64,000 nt of DNA from Octopus vulgaris (lineage: Eukaryota). The stretch is taken from NCBI GenBank assembly GCA_951406725.2, contig OX597815.1, positions 170,872,001 through 170,936,000 of the forward strand, given 5' to 3'. Below the pieces are notes generated by a model. It was not told where the DNA came from, did not search any database, and worked only from the letters and a program-made list of their open reading frames with translations. The first letter of the stretch is position 1. Every line of letters begins with the position of its first letter. Position numbers and translations under genes: made by a program. This document shows positions 13,793 through 27,578 of this stretch, one piece after another.

Positions 13793-16268
13793 TAGTTTTA
13801 TTTTTATAGCGTGCTTTCACTTCACTACCGAGCGCAGCTCTGTGTGCCTTGGGTATGTGCTGTGATTTGTTGTGATGCTCTGATGGTTATTGTATGGAAA
13901 GTGTTCTGCGTAGGATGTGTGCAGTGCCTAGTAGTGCAATTTTCTGTATGTTATATGTGTTTGTAAGTCCTGGTGTTTTTGTTATGTATTTGTCTGAATA
14001 TTTTTTTATCATGCCTAATGCACCTACTATGATAGGAATTGTTTCTGTTTTCAAATTCCACATTCTAGTTACCTCTATTTCCAGGTCTTTGTATTTTGAG
14101 AGTTTCTCCATTTCTTTTAGAGACACGTTGTCATCTGCCGGTAATGATACATCAATTAGAAAGCATTTTTTTCTTCATGATCTCTGACAACTATATCTGG
14201 TCTGTTGGCCTTAATTTCTCTATCTGTGTGTATCGGCATATCCCAGAGTATGGTTGCTTTCTCGTTTTCTGTGAGCTTTTCTGGTGTGTGCCTATACCAT
14301 CTTTTTTCTGTTGTTATTCCATAATGTTGGCATAGCTTCCAATGTATGTAGGTTCCAACTCTGTCATGTCTGTGAATATATTCCTTCTTAGCCAGGACTG
14401 GGCAGCTAGAGATAATATGATTTATTGTTTCTTGTCCATCTCCACATATTCTGCAGTTACTTGTAATATTTCTTTTCATTACATGTTTTTGGTAATTTCT
14501 GGTGGGGAGGCTTTGGTCTTGTGCTGCAATTAAAAATCCCTCTGTTTCTGCTTTGAGTCCTGAGCTTCTCAACCATTGCTGGGATTTTTCTTTGTCTATT
14601 TCTTTTGCGTTTAGTTTAGTGCAGTATTTACCATGAAGGGGCTTTTCTTGCCATCGTTTTATCATGGTTCGTTGCTGTTCTATTTCTAGTTTGGATTTCA
14701 TTTGTTTTATAGCTTTTGTTGTTTCTTCATCATCTTCTTCTTCTTCTTCGTGTTTATTAGGTGGTATGATTTCTTGTTTGTATTTGTCAGCTTCCTTAAA
14801 TACTGAGAACAGTTTTTTTGTTTTGCTCGTGTTTTGCTGCTATCTGGATCAGTTTTCCTTCCTTCTGAAGTAGGTATTTTTGCAGTCCTATGGTGGTTAT
14901 TTTATAGTAGTTTTCCAGCTGTATAAGGCCTCTACCACCTTCTATACGTTGTATATATAGTCTTTCTGTCAGATTTTGGGTGATGCATCCTAGATCTTGT
15001 CAGTATTTTTCTTGTTTTCCTATCTATTTTGGACAGTTCATTTCGTGTCCAGTTAAGGATATTGTAGCTGTAACTTATAACTGGGACAGCTAAAGTGTTG
15101 ATACCTATTATCTTGTTTTTAGCATTGAGCTCTGTTTTTAGTATTGATCTAACTCGTCTATAATATTCTTCTTTTATTTTCTCTTTCATTTGTGTGTGTT
15201 GTGTCTTATCTAGTTCATGGATTCCTAAGTATTTGTAAGTTTGGCTTTGGTCTAATTCTTTTATTTCATTGGTTTTATCTAGTGTGATGTTGTTACTCTT
15301 AACTAGTTTTCCTCTTTTCATGGTTACTTTGGCGCATTTTTCTAAACCGAATTTCATATCTATTTCTTTGGTAAATCCATGAACTGTCTTTAATAGTGTT
15401 TCCAGCTGTTTGTCATTTGCAGCGTATAGTTTTAGGTCATCCATATATAAAAGGTGGCTGATCGTTTTGCCGTAACATTTATATCCGCATCCAGTTCTAT
15501 TTAGCATATCAGATAGAGGTGACAGTGCCAAGCAGAAAAGGAGTGAGAGAGCGTGTCTCCCTGGAATATTCCTCTTCTAGTGGGGATGTCTTTGGTTTTC
15601 ATGAGTCCCTCTTTTGTTTGGAGGTGTAGGACTGTTTGCCATTTATTCATAGAGTGCTCTATGAATTTTATGATTGTTGGTGCTACTTTGTTAATGGCTA
15701 GTGTTTCGAGGATCCATGTGTGGGGGATGCTATCAAACGCCTTTTTGTAGTCAATCCAGGCCATACTGAGGCCTTTCTTCTTTCTGTGGCTGTCTTCAGT
15801 TACGGCTTTATTAATCATTAGTTGATCTTTACAGCCATATGAGCCTTTGCGGCATCCTTTCTGCTCTTCTGGGAACAGTTTGTTTTCGTCCAGGTGCTTG
15901 TTCAGCCTTTGCGATATCACTGCAGTAAATGCCTTGAACATAGTAGGGAGGCAGGTTATTGGTCTGTAGTTTTCTGGTTTTGCTGTTTCATTTGATTTGG
16001 GAATTAAGATGGTTTTCCCCTTCGTGAGCCATTCAGGCATTGTCTCTGGCTCTGCTAGTATGCTGTTAAAGTTTTCAGCCAGCTTTTTGTGCATTCCTGT
16101 TAGATATTTCAACCAGAAGTTGCGGATCTTGTCATGCCCAGGTGCCTTCCAGTTGCTTAGTTTCTGCAGTGCCTGGGTGACCTCTTCAGTTGTTATGGGG
16201 GTCCAAAGTTGTTCAGATGCCGAGTTTGTTATTTTGATACTCCTTTTTTTTGGCTGTTCGTTCGCCGT
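13788..16268 (-). mobile_element. 5'-truncated R4/Dong-clade non-LTR retrotransposon (RT, CCHC finger, restriction-like endonuclease) in a (TAA)n array
   Basis: RT motifs KAPGHD, YRPITCL, EQKGC, WIDYKKAFDSIPH, RGIFQGD, HLLYMDDLKL and YKYLG; zinc finger CRICGDGQETINHIISSC; REL motif RPD...D...EK..KY. A few frameshifts split it into four ORFs. Confidence 0.93.
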
Positions 16269-16353
16269 ATTATTATTATTATTATAATTATTATTATTAT
16301 TATTATTGTTGTTGTTGTTGTTGTTGTTATTATTATTATTAGTATTATTATTA

Positions 16354-16415
<62 letters not shown>

Positions 16416-16429
16416 CATTATTATTATTA

Positions 16430-16505
<76 letters not shown>
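16269..16505. repeat. (TAA)n/(CAA)n compound microsatellite
   Basis: Read directly. Confidence 0.95.
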
Positions 16506-16506
16506 C

Positions 16507-19020
16507 GAAAGCTCGCAGTAACCTCTTTTGAAAACATTTGCTTACACCTGTTTGGTGTCGTTTTTTCGGTTTACATTTTTTTTGAAGTTGTTAATAGAAA
16601 CACCAGGAACCTGTCGCTGGGCATGTGTGTTTGTTTGGCCCCTTACCGTGCTATATTCTCCCCACCAAAAGAATAAGCTAGGTGGGCGTTTTATCCTGTA
16701 TAATTCAAAAAGATAGCTGAGCCCATCTTGAAAGGGCTTAGAAAAAATATACTACCCCTCCCGCAAGTCTAGTGACTGCTGGAGATTTCCCTTCCCTCTT
16801 TTACTGGCAACAATACAGGAGAAGGGGAGGAGGAAACATAGGGAGAAAAAGTGCAAAGTCCACCTCGGAGTAGCCACAGTGGCAACATCGACAACAGCAG
16901 TGGTAGCAATGACAGCAGCAGCAGCAGCAGCAGCAGTAGGGGTGACAGCAACAGCAGTTTTGTTAACAATGCTACGGATTTTAGCAGGGGAAATAATGCT
17001 ACAGCTGAAAGCGGGGTGGAAGGAAATAGCGGTAACTGTAGTGTTGAGAGTAGCAACAGCGGAAGTGGCTACAACTCCACAACCACTACCACCAACAGCA
17101 ACAGCAGCAGCAGTAGCAACAACAACAACAGCAACGATGGCGGGAACAACGAAAGCAACAGCAAAAACAAAAGGTTTGCTGATGTAGCAAACACAGAGAA
17201 ATGTTTGCCATCGCACTCAATGAGAAAACATGTTATTGAATCTTTGTGTGGTAAAGCAGAAATGTTCGTTCCTCTTGAAAGAATACAGGCAAAAGTAGAA
17301 GAGTAGAAATAGCTTCCATCAGTCACGTTTAGAAGGCCCCAAAAGAAATTTTAATAGATGTAACCTATATACAGAGAGGGAGTTAGTTTGCCAGCATTGA
17401 CGTCCTCTTTAAAAGTGAGGACCTCGCGCGAAGACACGCAGTGTTACCCGGTAGACTGAGGAGTGGTTCCTGTATCACCCCTATCTCTCAAAGAGAACAA
17501 CGAGAATTAGGGTAACGAGAACATACCGGACCTGATCCAGCTGTCCAACGGTATAGAACTGTGTTTTTTTGTGGAAGGCAAGAAGCACAGATGTAACATC
17601 TGCGGGACCACAAGCCACATGAGAGCCTTCAGCTCACAAAAGTTGGAAGGTATGTGGCCACACCTGTAGCCTACATCGCATCCCCAACAACAACAACAAC
17701 AAATACCTTTTAATAAAACTGTAGTCTCATTTCCAACAACAACAAAGAGACGTGAACCGTATACAATGCAGACTCTTTCAAACCAGACTCACCCACTCCC
17801 TTCTTCAGCATGCATTCACACAAATACGCTCACACTCCCGAGGCAGATCCTACGGACACTAGTCTTCCTTCATCTCGTAGTGAAGACGAGGAACAACTTT
17901 ACAAAGCAATAAAATGTAAGAGACAAAGAAAAAGCAATCAGGTGAACCTACACCAATACCCCAGCACATCGAACATAGACACAGCAACCCCAGCACATCA
18001 AACATAAACACAGCAAAAGCAATACCAAAAGCTCCATGATGGTAAGTAGCTCCGCTTCTTTTCTTTTCCTCCACCCTTTCGATCCGTCATGGCGATTATT
18101 ACAGTGGGCTGCATAAATGTTCGCCGCCTGAGGTCACACTAGAAGCAAGGTCGTTTGCTCATTGATCTCAGGTCGCTAGGTTTGGATATGATAGCAGCCA
18201 GTGAGACCAGGATTTCCGACACACGCGATATTGCACCCATTTTTGACGATTAAGAGATCTACGCATCTCTTGGCTGGCCCGAAATGGGAGGCGGAGTGCA
18301 GTGCTGTTTTGGAGAGGCCTGGACATCAAAGTTCGGACGATCTTCCTGGACCCGGAGAGTAAGTTGTTGGTCCTGGTCGTGAGCGACTGTGAAGGCTGTG
18401 CCTTTAGACTAGTCGGTGTTTACGATCCCACGGCGGCGGAGCAGCTAGATTACTCCAGACGTTGGAGGTTTTCCTTGGGACGTCACGCTCTTTAATGTTA
18501 GTGGGTGACTGGATCACCATCTTGGAAGCACGCCTGGATAGGGTGAGGCTAACTGATAGGAAAGGTGGGAGTAAAAACCTCCAAAACCTGCTCAGTCACT
18601 GTCAGATGGCCGACAGGCACCGAATGGATTTTCCGAATGCACCAGTGTGAACATGGGCAAACCGCATCGAGTTTTCCAGATCGTTTCTAGATATATTATT
18701 TTGTAGGCAAGTAGATAGTAGTAGTATAAGTTGTCTACATTTCAAAGTCATCGACACACAGACCATAAATTTGTGATCTGTACGGTCGACATAAGATCCA
18801 TAGACAGGGCCCTGGATGTTGGACGCTGAACGCGTCCTTCCCAGCGCGCCATGCTTTTAGAGACCTGTTTAGCAAATTAGTACAACGAATGATGGATAGG
18901 CCTGAGAAGGGGTATTAGAGTAGAGGCAGTAGGTTTTAGTAAGGAAATAGAGTTAGAGAAATCTTGGATAGATGGAGACCTAGTTAGGAAACTAAAAGAG
19001 GCACTTAGGAAAGAGTTGTA
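16507..19020 (+). mobile_element. Decayed Tx1/L1-like LINE: ORF1 remnant plus AP-endonuclease region of ORF2, 3'-truncated
   Basis: ORF1 remnant FFVEGKKHRCNICGTTSHMRAF (degenerate zinc knuckle, about 17565-17630). ORF2 from ATG 18089 reads MAIITVGCINVRRLR...ASETR...LVGVYDP...LVGDW...TW...DILF...DHK...GPGCWTLN, which are APE motifs, with stops and frameshifts. The 5' boundary is approximate. Confidence 0.8.
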
Positions 19021-19656
19021 GGGTATTAGTCATAATAGTACACGCCTCCCACGTGACGAGTGGAATGAACTGTCACTATAAAGATGGTGATGTCGGCGAG
19101 TGTCGGGAGAGTACGTGTTAGACTGCGTCGGTTAGTCGTGTCTGTACTGTTCAAGTAATTATACTGAGTGGGAGTTATAACGATCCAACGTTTTGGGGAT
19201 AATAACACTGTACAACTGGGGATCGTACGGTGCCAGACAGAAACGTCCTATCGACGACTTAGGAATACAACAATATCTGTCAGAGCGACAACCGTCATAC
19301 AAAGACAAATACAACAGAGGCCAAGATAAATTGCAATGGGTAACGCGTGAGAGAGATTTTGAAAGGATATAAGATAAATAGAGGAAAATAGTAGAAGAGA
19401 AAAAATGTCGAAAGACGAGAGAAAGAAATGACGTCCAGCTAGTTGGACGTCGCATTCAGAAAAGACAGAGACGAGAAAAAAGGCCTCTAGTGTTCGACAG
19501 ACAGAGTGGAAGCGAGGCAAGAGAGGATGAGGGAAAGAAACAAAGAGAGTGAGGAGAATGGAGAAGGAACGAAAGATAGTAGAGAGTAAAAGAAAGACAA
19601 AGAGGGAGGGGAACTAAAATATGGGGGATAATAGAAAAAGAAAGAAAACAGAGTGA

Positions 19657-20179
19657 AATCGCAGTACATATATGTAAAGATTAAAGTAAAAGTCAAAAGG
19701 CAAATTTTTGGCCGCACTTGAAAAAGACATTTAATTTAGATAAAGAATATAGATATACAGTCTCTCACAGCTGTTTCTAGGAAAGCCAAATGTGTGAAAC
19801 ATCATATTGAATAAAGGTTTCATAGTGTGAGCATACCGTCACCAGAGAGGGAGAAGTTAAAGATCTGTAAAAGCTAAGGAAGTCTCCAATCGAGGATATT
19901 AGTGTGTTCCAGTTTGGAATCGCAGTACATATATGTAAAGATTAAAGTAAAAGTCAAAAGGCAAATTTTTGGCCGCACTTGAAAAAGACATTTAATTTAG
20001 ATAAAGAATATAGATATACAGAGTCTCTCACAGCTGTTTCTAGGAAAGCCAAATGTGTGAAACATCATATTGAATAAAGGTTTCATAGTGTCAGCATACC
20101 GTCACCAGAGAGGGAGAAGTTAAAGATCTGTAAAAGCTAAGGAAGTCCCCAATCGAGTATATTAGTGTGTTCCAGTTTG
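19657..20179 (+). repeat. About 261-bp tandem duplication inside a decayed (probably Penelope-like) element spanning about 19130-20700
   Basis: 19657-19916 and 19918-20179 differ by about 3 substitutions and a 2-bp indel. The Penelope assignment rests on weak peptide resemblance only. Confidence 0.85.
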
Positions 20180-20819
20180 TCATAAATGGAGGAAGGATCA
20201 GAGTAAAATTGGAATGTTTTATGTAGATCCACGATCAAATGAAAAATACAGTTATAGGTAATATCCAATTGCAGCTTCAAATGAGAATGTTCGATGATAA
20301 TCCATGGCGAGAAATATTGGAAGTTATCAGTTCCAGCTTTGAATACAGAATAAATGAAGGTAGAATAGGAATATTTAGTATAGTCAGGAGGTTAAGACAG
20401 ACAGGTGGATTTAGTAGAATAGATATATACTAGTCAGTATAGTGGAGGTATGCTAGTCGAGAGAGGTAAGAGGTGCATATATAGAGACGAAGGGATGAAG
20501 AATAGCAGATGTCAAATAACCAAGAGAGATCAGAGTTCGCAGACATGGGAGGAAAGGGGGTAATTATGGTAATAACACAGTTGTAAAAGATAATGAAGAT
20601 CTCAAGTTAAAGGAAACCTTGTAAAGGTGGGAGTGAAGAGAGATTTAGGATTCGCCTGGTTGCAGTGGTGCTAGAAATAAGTGCCCAAAATACTGAATAT
20701 AAAATATAAAGTTTTAAGAAATTGTGGTGTTAATGAAGGTGTATGCTCATACACATATATACAGATACATACATATACGCAAGCACCCCCCCCCCATACA
20801 CACACACGTACATATAGGT

Positions 20820-21291
20820 GTAAGCGTGGCTCTAGGTTCAGTCCCACTGCATGGCACCTCGGCCGACTGAAGCCTTGTGAGTGAATTAGGAGACAGAAAC
20901 TGAAAGAAGCCCGTTGTATGTAAATATATATATATTTTCTTTCTCTATATTTCTGAAAATATTTGAGTACCTTGAATTACGAATTACTGTGGATGAATAA
21001 AGGTAAATATATTTTAAAGTTGTTCGTATTTTTTCAAAAATATGGGAGTATTTAAAAAATGGAGTTTTAAAAAATTAATTTAACTTGTGTATTAAATATG
21101 AAACTAGCTCTGTATTCACCACTGTAAAATAGACTTTGTTCATCTCACTCGCTATTATAGTTATTTCGGATCAAGGTAAATGTTGATGTCTTACTTAAAC
21201 ATCGATTATTCAACACGCATGGAAGCTTAGTTTTTTAACTGCTCTCCTCTCTCTCTTCCTCTGTCTCTCTCTCTCTCTCTCTGTCTCTTTG

Positions 21292-21324
<33 letters not shown>

Positions 21325-21332
21325 TTGTGTGT

Positions 21333-21373
<41 letters not shown>

Positions 21374-21785
21374 TATCCCCAACATTGCTTGACAACCGAT
21401 GCTGGTGTGAATTTGTCCCCGTAACTTAGCGGTTCAGCAAAAGACTCCGATAAACTAAGTTCTAGGCTTACAAAGAATAAGCCCTCGGGTCGAATTCTTC
21501 GACTAAATCACTTTAAGGAGGTGTTGCAGCATGGGTGCAGTGACATGACTGAAATAAGAAAAAGAATATTAGAATACACACACAGACACATATATGTGTG
21601 TCTGTATGTATACATATATATAACGGGTTTACAGTTACCGTCTTGAAAATCCATTCATAAGACACTGGTCAATAGGGGACACTTGAAGAAGGTACCATGC
21701 AGTGATGCAGTGGGACAAAACCCGAAACCGAAACCACGTGTTTGAGGTGCAAACTTCCTAACCGCATAGCCGTATCTGCACCAAC
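20820..21785. mobile_element. SINE fragments (split + copy at about 20820-20920 and 21370-21570; - head at about 21620-21785)
   Basis: Family motifs GGTTCAGTCCCACTGC, GAAACTGAAAGAAGCCCG and GCTTGACAACCGATGCTGGTG. Confidence 0.7.
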
Positions 21786-24085
21786 ATTTATTATTTTTTT
21801 TTTTCTAAAATTCCATTTAAAAAAATCTATTTAAATGTCATTGAACGAAGAAAAGAATATTCGTTTGTCGAATACCCTTCAGTTCTAGAATATGCTTTCG
21901 CATCTAATCGAGTTGATATGTCAATGACCTAGCTGTCGGTTTTTCCTCTCGTTTTGCCACCATGACTACGCGTCTCCATAAAAGCTCACAATGAACTATA
22001 AATAGCAAAGAACTGTGTGAGCGCACGCATCATCCCTCAGACTTCCTCCTTATAGCTATCTGTCGCATGTCCTTTGTCTCCTGCTTGATCATCTTACCAG
22101 AGCTTTATTCTCATTCGAAGCAGCAGCTGCAGGCTGGAAGAGCCCTCGTGGCAGGCCCTGTGATTGGGGAAGATCTCCCGACGCTCAACGTCACGTTGGA
22201 GGATGCAGAAGTGCTGCCGTGGAACTGCTAGCCATGGAGGGTACAAATGGATCTGGTCGGGTCTACGTATGATGACGTCTTTGGGACCAGTAACCTGAGA
22301 TGACCGCGGACCCAGCAAGCATGAAACAGGAAGGATGTAAACACACAAACATCGAATGAATGTCCTGACAATCGTTTATATCAAAGAAAACTCGATATAT
22401 CTAAGTAATTTATCTTTAGTTTTAGTGCCATTGAAAGCTGGCAAGAATAATCCAGATTACTTGTTGAATTCTAATGCTGTTCATTTTGGTAGTGAACTCT
22501 TTGTCAGTTTTATTAAGAAAATGCCACAAGTGGATATTAAGATCTACGTAAGAGAGAAACATTAATGTTACCCACACAATTTTGCTCAATGATCTAACGC
22601 TGTATTCAGGAAATATTAAAAAAAAAACGAGAAACAGAAATTTGAAGGAGATGCACTCATCTTATCGACAGAAAGATGTACTTAATACTGGAGGGTAAGT
22701 TTACAACGGATACGACACCAAAATTTAATTCCCCCAATAAAGTTCAAGTATTGAATATAAAAAAAAAACATGGGATATATATTATGTTATATGGTGAATT
22801 ATATTGTATTACATAGGTTATATGTTATGCGTTGTGGAATGTGGTGTGCTATATATAATACTATCCCGTGATAACCCCCGCCTACTTTGGTGTTTACACT
22901 ATTTTCCTTTCTATGATGTTCTACCCTACTGATCATATGTATACTTGTAGTGACTTTATGTAAGTAAGTCTCCTTTTGACTAAATCTTATACCTCCAAGA
23001 AACTATAAAATCATACATATAATAACACCTGTAACATTACAACTTATAAAATCTCTTCGGTCTGAATACCTTTAAGTGCCCTCGCTATTTCCATTCCTAT
23101 TAAGCTCTCTTCTCGAGTTACCTTTATCTTTTCCCTGCCTCTAATTTCAATCCTCTGTCTCTTTATATGTAGGTTATATGTATTTCTTATTATTTTCTAT
23201 GAATTCTTATTATTTTGTTTTCTTATTTTGATATCCTTACTTATTAACCTCTAATTCCTAATATATCGTTATTTTTCTTGTTCTTAAATTGATATTTTTC
23301 AGTTACTTAAGTCTATGCGAATAGGTAATACTCTATCTATATAAGCGTATAAATATTTGTGTATGTGTATATTTGCATATATGCACACATATGTGTGTGT
23401 ATCTGTATACATTTTTACACTTTTCTGATTCATGGCTTAAAATTAATAGATAGCATGTATATCTTTCCAGTTATTCCATATATAAACACCTTGAGCAGTC
23501 TTTATAGAAGCCATCTAATAAGTAATTAATTAAATACATGAATGGATGGATATTAAACTGATTCTATGAAACCAACCTTGCTTTTTTAATGTTTATAATT
23601 GATATATACACACCTTTTACCTATTTTGGTTATGATATCCATTTTGGAATTCTTAAATTATATTTTCATACAACAAATCAATATTGTTTATAAACATTCT
23701 CCCACAGTGCCCATAAATAAAATTTCCTCAGTATTAAAATCTTGGATTTCTTAGTGTCTTAACTGGTAATCAACATCATGATTTAAAGTCTGCCTCTATC
23801 CTGCCTCTTTTTATAGAGAGTTACTTATATCCAACTGACTACTCCTAATGTTTTATTTCCTCCCTGGGGAAAAGGGATGCATACGATAATATTTATGACT
23901 ATACATAGCCATGAGCTGTCAACTCACTCTGGCTCTTTATTCAAAATAGACACAGTCTTCTAGTCTTCTAGTCTTAGATTTAGTAGTTGATAAAGAGATA
24001 AATGAATTAGATATGAATTACAACCGTTACAATCCAATGACCCCACTATGTTCCATGCGATTCATGTATGAAAAGAGAAATAGAC

Positions 24086-24124
<39 letters not shown>

Positions 24125-26131
24125 TAATTAAATAGATAGATAGATAGACAGACAAACAGACATAGAGAGAAACATATCAAATTAAATACATAAATATACA
24201 AAAATAAAAAGAAACAAAAATCATTGCAGTAACCTTGTCAAATCGAACTCACGTTTCCTGATTATCAACCAATTGGTTTAATTTATACATCTGATATTTC
24301 AGAAATGTTTTCATTAAATTTTGAAAAGCCTGGTTCATTCACTGCTTTGTTTCTTTTTGCATATTTATCAATAACGACACATATAAACACATTTCGGATT
24401 CAAATGAAATATACGAAATAAATGAAAGCGATTTAAATTTTCATTGAATAAATACAAAAAAAATGGCGCAAATTTATAAAAATTATTTATTGATAAATAA
24501 AAGTAAATTCCTCGATTCCTTGCTTTAGAACAGTTTATCAAAAGTTGTGGAGTAAATCACAAAAGGAAGCAAGTTGAAATAGCCTCTGTTCAAAGATTGA
24601 ACAACAATCATTGTGGTAAAAGAATTGAAAAAAAAAATTCACATAAAACAGTTTTGTTTGGTTTCAGAACAGTTGGGTCATCTGCAGGGAGCGTATAGTT
24701 GCCAAGGTATCGGGACAATTCGTAAAGAACTCAGTCATAAAACCACCACACTACCTGACACTACAGCATCAGATGACAGTGTAGCAGTAGATGACAGTGA
24801 TATTTGTATTTGAATTGCTTGTGTTGCATGTATACAAATGTTATTTGTGTGCATGTACTGTGCATATGTATATGGTATAGCTGTATATTATTTAGTTGTA
24901 TATAGCAAAATGTGAATAAATATTCTATAGTACAAGTGTTGATGGCATGTATTGATATATTGTTTACTATATGAATAACTGATCGTATTATGTTATAGTA
25001 TATGATTAATACATTGCATAGATCGTGACCAGCTTATTGTGAAATGCATGTGCAAGTAGTTTTATAGTGTGGATACCTGGGCATTTAGTGTTTAGGAACT
25101 TATCGACAATTTATGGCAGTAGCTGGCAGGATATTATGAATAGAATCGATAGAATTAGATACGAACTGCTAGCATTGAGTTTTGTGTACTGCCAGCAATG
25201 TGCTCGAAGAGAAGGTAATGATAAAACATTGCAATATGTTATTTGAGTAGCCAGAGACGTGATACTTGCGCAAATGGCCGTTTAATGTAGGGACAACTTA
25301 CTGTGTGACATATATGTAACTGGTTGATTGGTATGTGAGCATTTTTCACTATGTGATATGATCAGCTGGCTCAGTAGTATGTGAGAAGAACTAGCTGTTT
25401 TATGACAACTCGTGTAGCCTGGCAATACAATAGAAGTATGTGTACAACAATATCAAGGATAGCATGCATAAAATGTCGATAAAAAAGGGAAAAAAACCAT
25501 CTTATTGTGTGCTTACGTCATAACCTGCAGGGATTTCATAAAAGCAAGCAAATATAGGCTCAAACTTTTGCTGGTTGAATATAGGCAGCAGTGGTTTTGG
25601 AATACGTTAAAGCAGGCTTTCGTACAGTCTGAATAAACGTTAATTTAAATTAGACAAATAGATACTTAAATTAATGCGACCGATGGTGAAGGCCAACGTT
25701 ATATTTTTAATAAAATATATCATTTTTCAGTTGTTTTCTTCTCAATGTCAACAATGCAAACTCAAAATTTAAATCTGCAGGCCACATTCTCAATGTATAT
25801 ATTCTAAATGGCTGGAATTGATTTACATACTTAACTAGTTTCATATTCTTGTGTTTCACTGTTAATTTTGCTTTTTGCTTCTTTTTCTTTAAGAAAGATT
25901 ACAAAACATAGAGAGAAAGTTGGGCGGGGTGAGAGAAACTAACTGATACTCAACATATATTACAGCTTGCTGATATAATAGTTATCGAAATTAAAAGTAA
26001 TAGCATTATTGTGAATGATAATAATGATGATGAATTTATACTATAATAATAGCAGTGGTAGTAGCAATAATAATAATAATAATAATTTTAATTATAATAA
26101 TATACATACACATATATGTACACCTATATTA

Positions 26132-26192
<61 letters not shown>

Positions 26193-27169
26193 CATACATA
26201 TATATATACACATATATGTATGTATGTTTTTATGTGTATGTTATGCAAGTGTCTTTGCCAAGAAGGCACTATTATGTGAGAATGGGACAGAATTTTCAAT
26301 ACATACTGCAACATATTTTCAGATAGGACTAAACAAGAGACGGTATAAATAGTACAACTATTAGTGTTTAATAAGTAACACATTGAACAAGTTATACAAG
26401 TGACTTTTAAACGCGTGAAAAATAAATCCTTCGGTCTCATATTTTGCTGAAAAGTTCCTTCGTAGCCATCATCATCATCATCATCATCATCATAACCATC
26501 AGCCATCATAATACTCTTGTACTGAATTATTACACATTTGAAACTCAGTTATGTTGCTTTGTTCCCTTGTGTTAGAGAGGGATAATTCAATCTGATTAAT
26601 ATTTTATCTGCAGGGTAATTAGTTTTGATTAATGTTTTATCTGCTTGGTGTAACTGTGAAATGACATCCGCAATCTTTAAAGCATTTTGACCGCTATCTC
26701 TACTTCAGTTTATCATGCTACCCTCGTCTCTAACAACCATTGTGTCAATTCGCCACAACTACTTGGCATAACGCTTTTCAGTCAGATCTGAAGTTCATTA
26801 CTTGATTAACTACATAGATGCTATAGATTTCATCGGAATAAAGTAATAATGTTTCGTCAACATATATTAAGACTGACGAGAATCTCAGCAATTTAAGTCA
26901 AGGTAGATAACTGAAACGAAAAGGATGTCTTTATGGATTTACCGTTCATATGATTAATACGTTTTTGGCGGTGTCAGAAAACTGCGTTGCAGATATCTCA
27001 TCCTTTCTTAGAGTTAGTAACTAAATTCAGTACTGAATTACATAGGAGGTTGTTCATTTAATTACAGCTAACTTTGGCATGACTGTCTTTTTGTATTATT
27101 CTATAAAGAACTCTGCTTGTGAAGCCATGAATAACATCGTCATGAATAACGTTTAGCTCACGATATAAA

Positions 27170-27578
27170 GATCTTTTCGGTTTGAACGGCAGTTTTTAAC
27201 ATAATTTCTAGGTAACTAAAAATTTTAAACTTCGTATACTGGTAGAATGTGTTTATAAAACATCTTTTTCTGGTGGCTTTATTGAGAAAATTCTATAGTT
27301 TGTAAGATATTTGTTGTTGTTTTTCTTCAATTTCTGCAATTTCAACCAATTAGTGACGTCTATTGAGGTAAAGACCATTCTGTGCCGTATGAATATGTCC
27401 CTCGTTTAAGAAACATATTGGGTTTATTTACATTTCTGAAGAAAAAAAGATAACCTTCCCCCCACCCCTAACCCTAACTAACCCTAACCTTAAAACATTG
27501 AAATGCAGTAGATCGATACTAGGGTCATAATTACGGGTGACACCGCTAGAAAAAACTGCCGGTCAAACCGAAAAGATC
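27170..27578. mobile_element. TIR MITE carrying an internal telomere-like (TAACCC)n patch
   Basis: About 28-bp TIRs GATCTTTTCGGTTTGA(A/C)CGGCAGTTTTT at both ends, and CCCCTAACCCTAACTAACCCTAACC at about 27465-27490. Confidence 0.8.

Noticed and set aside
16752-17326. Overlapping Ala/Ser/Thr-rich ORFs on both strands
   Set aside because: They come from a (CAG/CAA)-rich low-complexity tract within the decayed Tx1/L1-like ORF1 region.
22094-22348. 84-aa minus-strand ORF bounded by plausible acceptor and donor sites
   Set aside because: No recognisable protein similarity. It is kept only as a weak micro-exon candidate in the findings.
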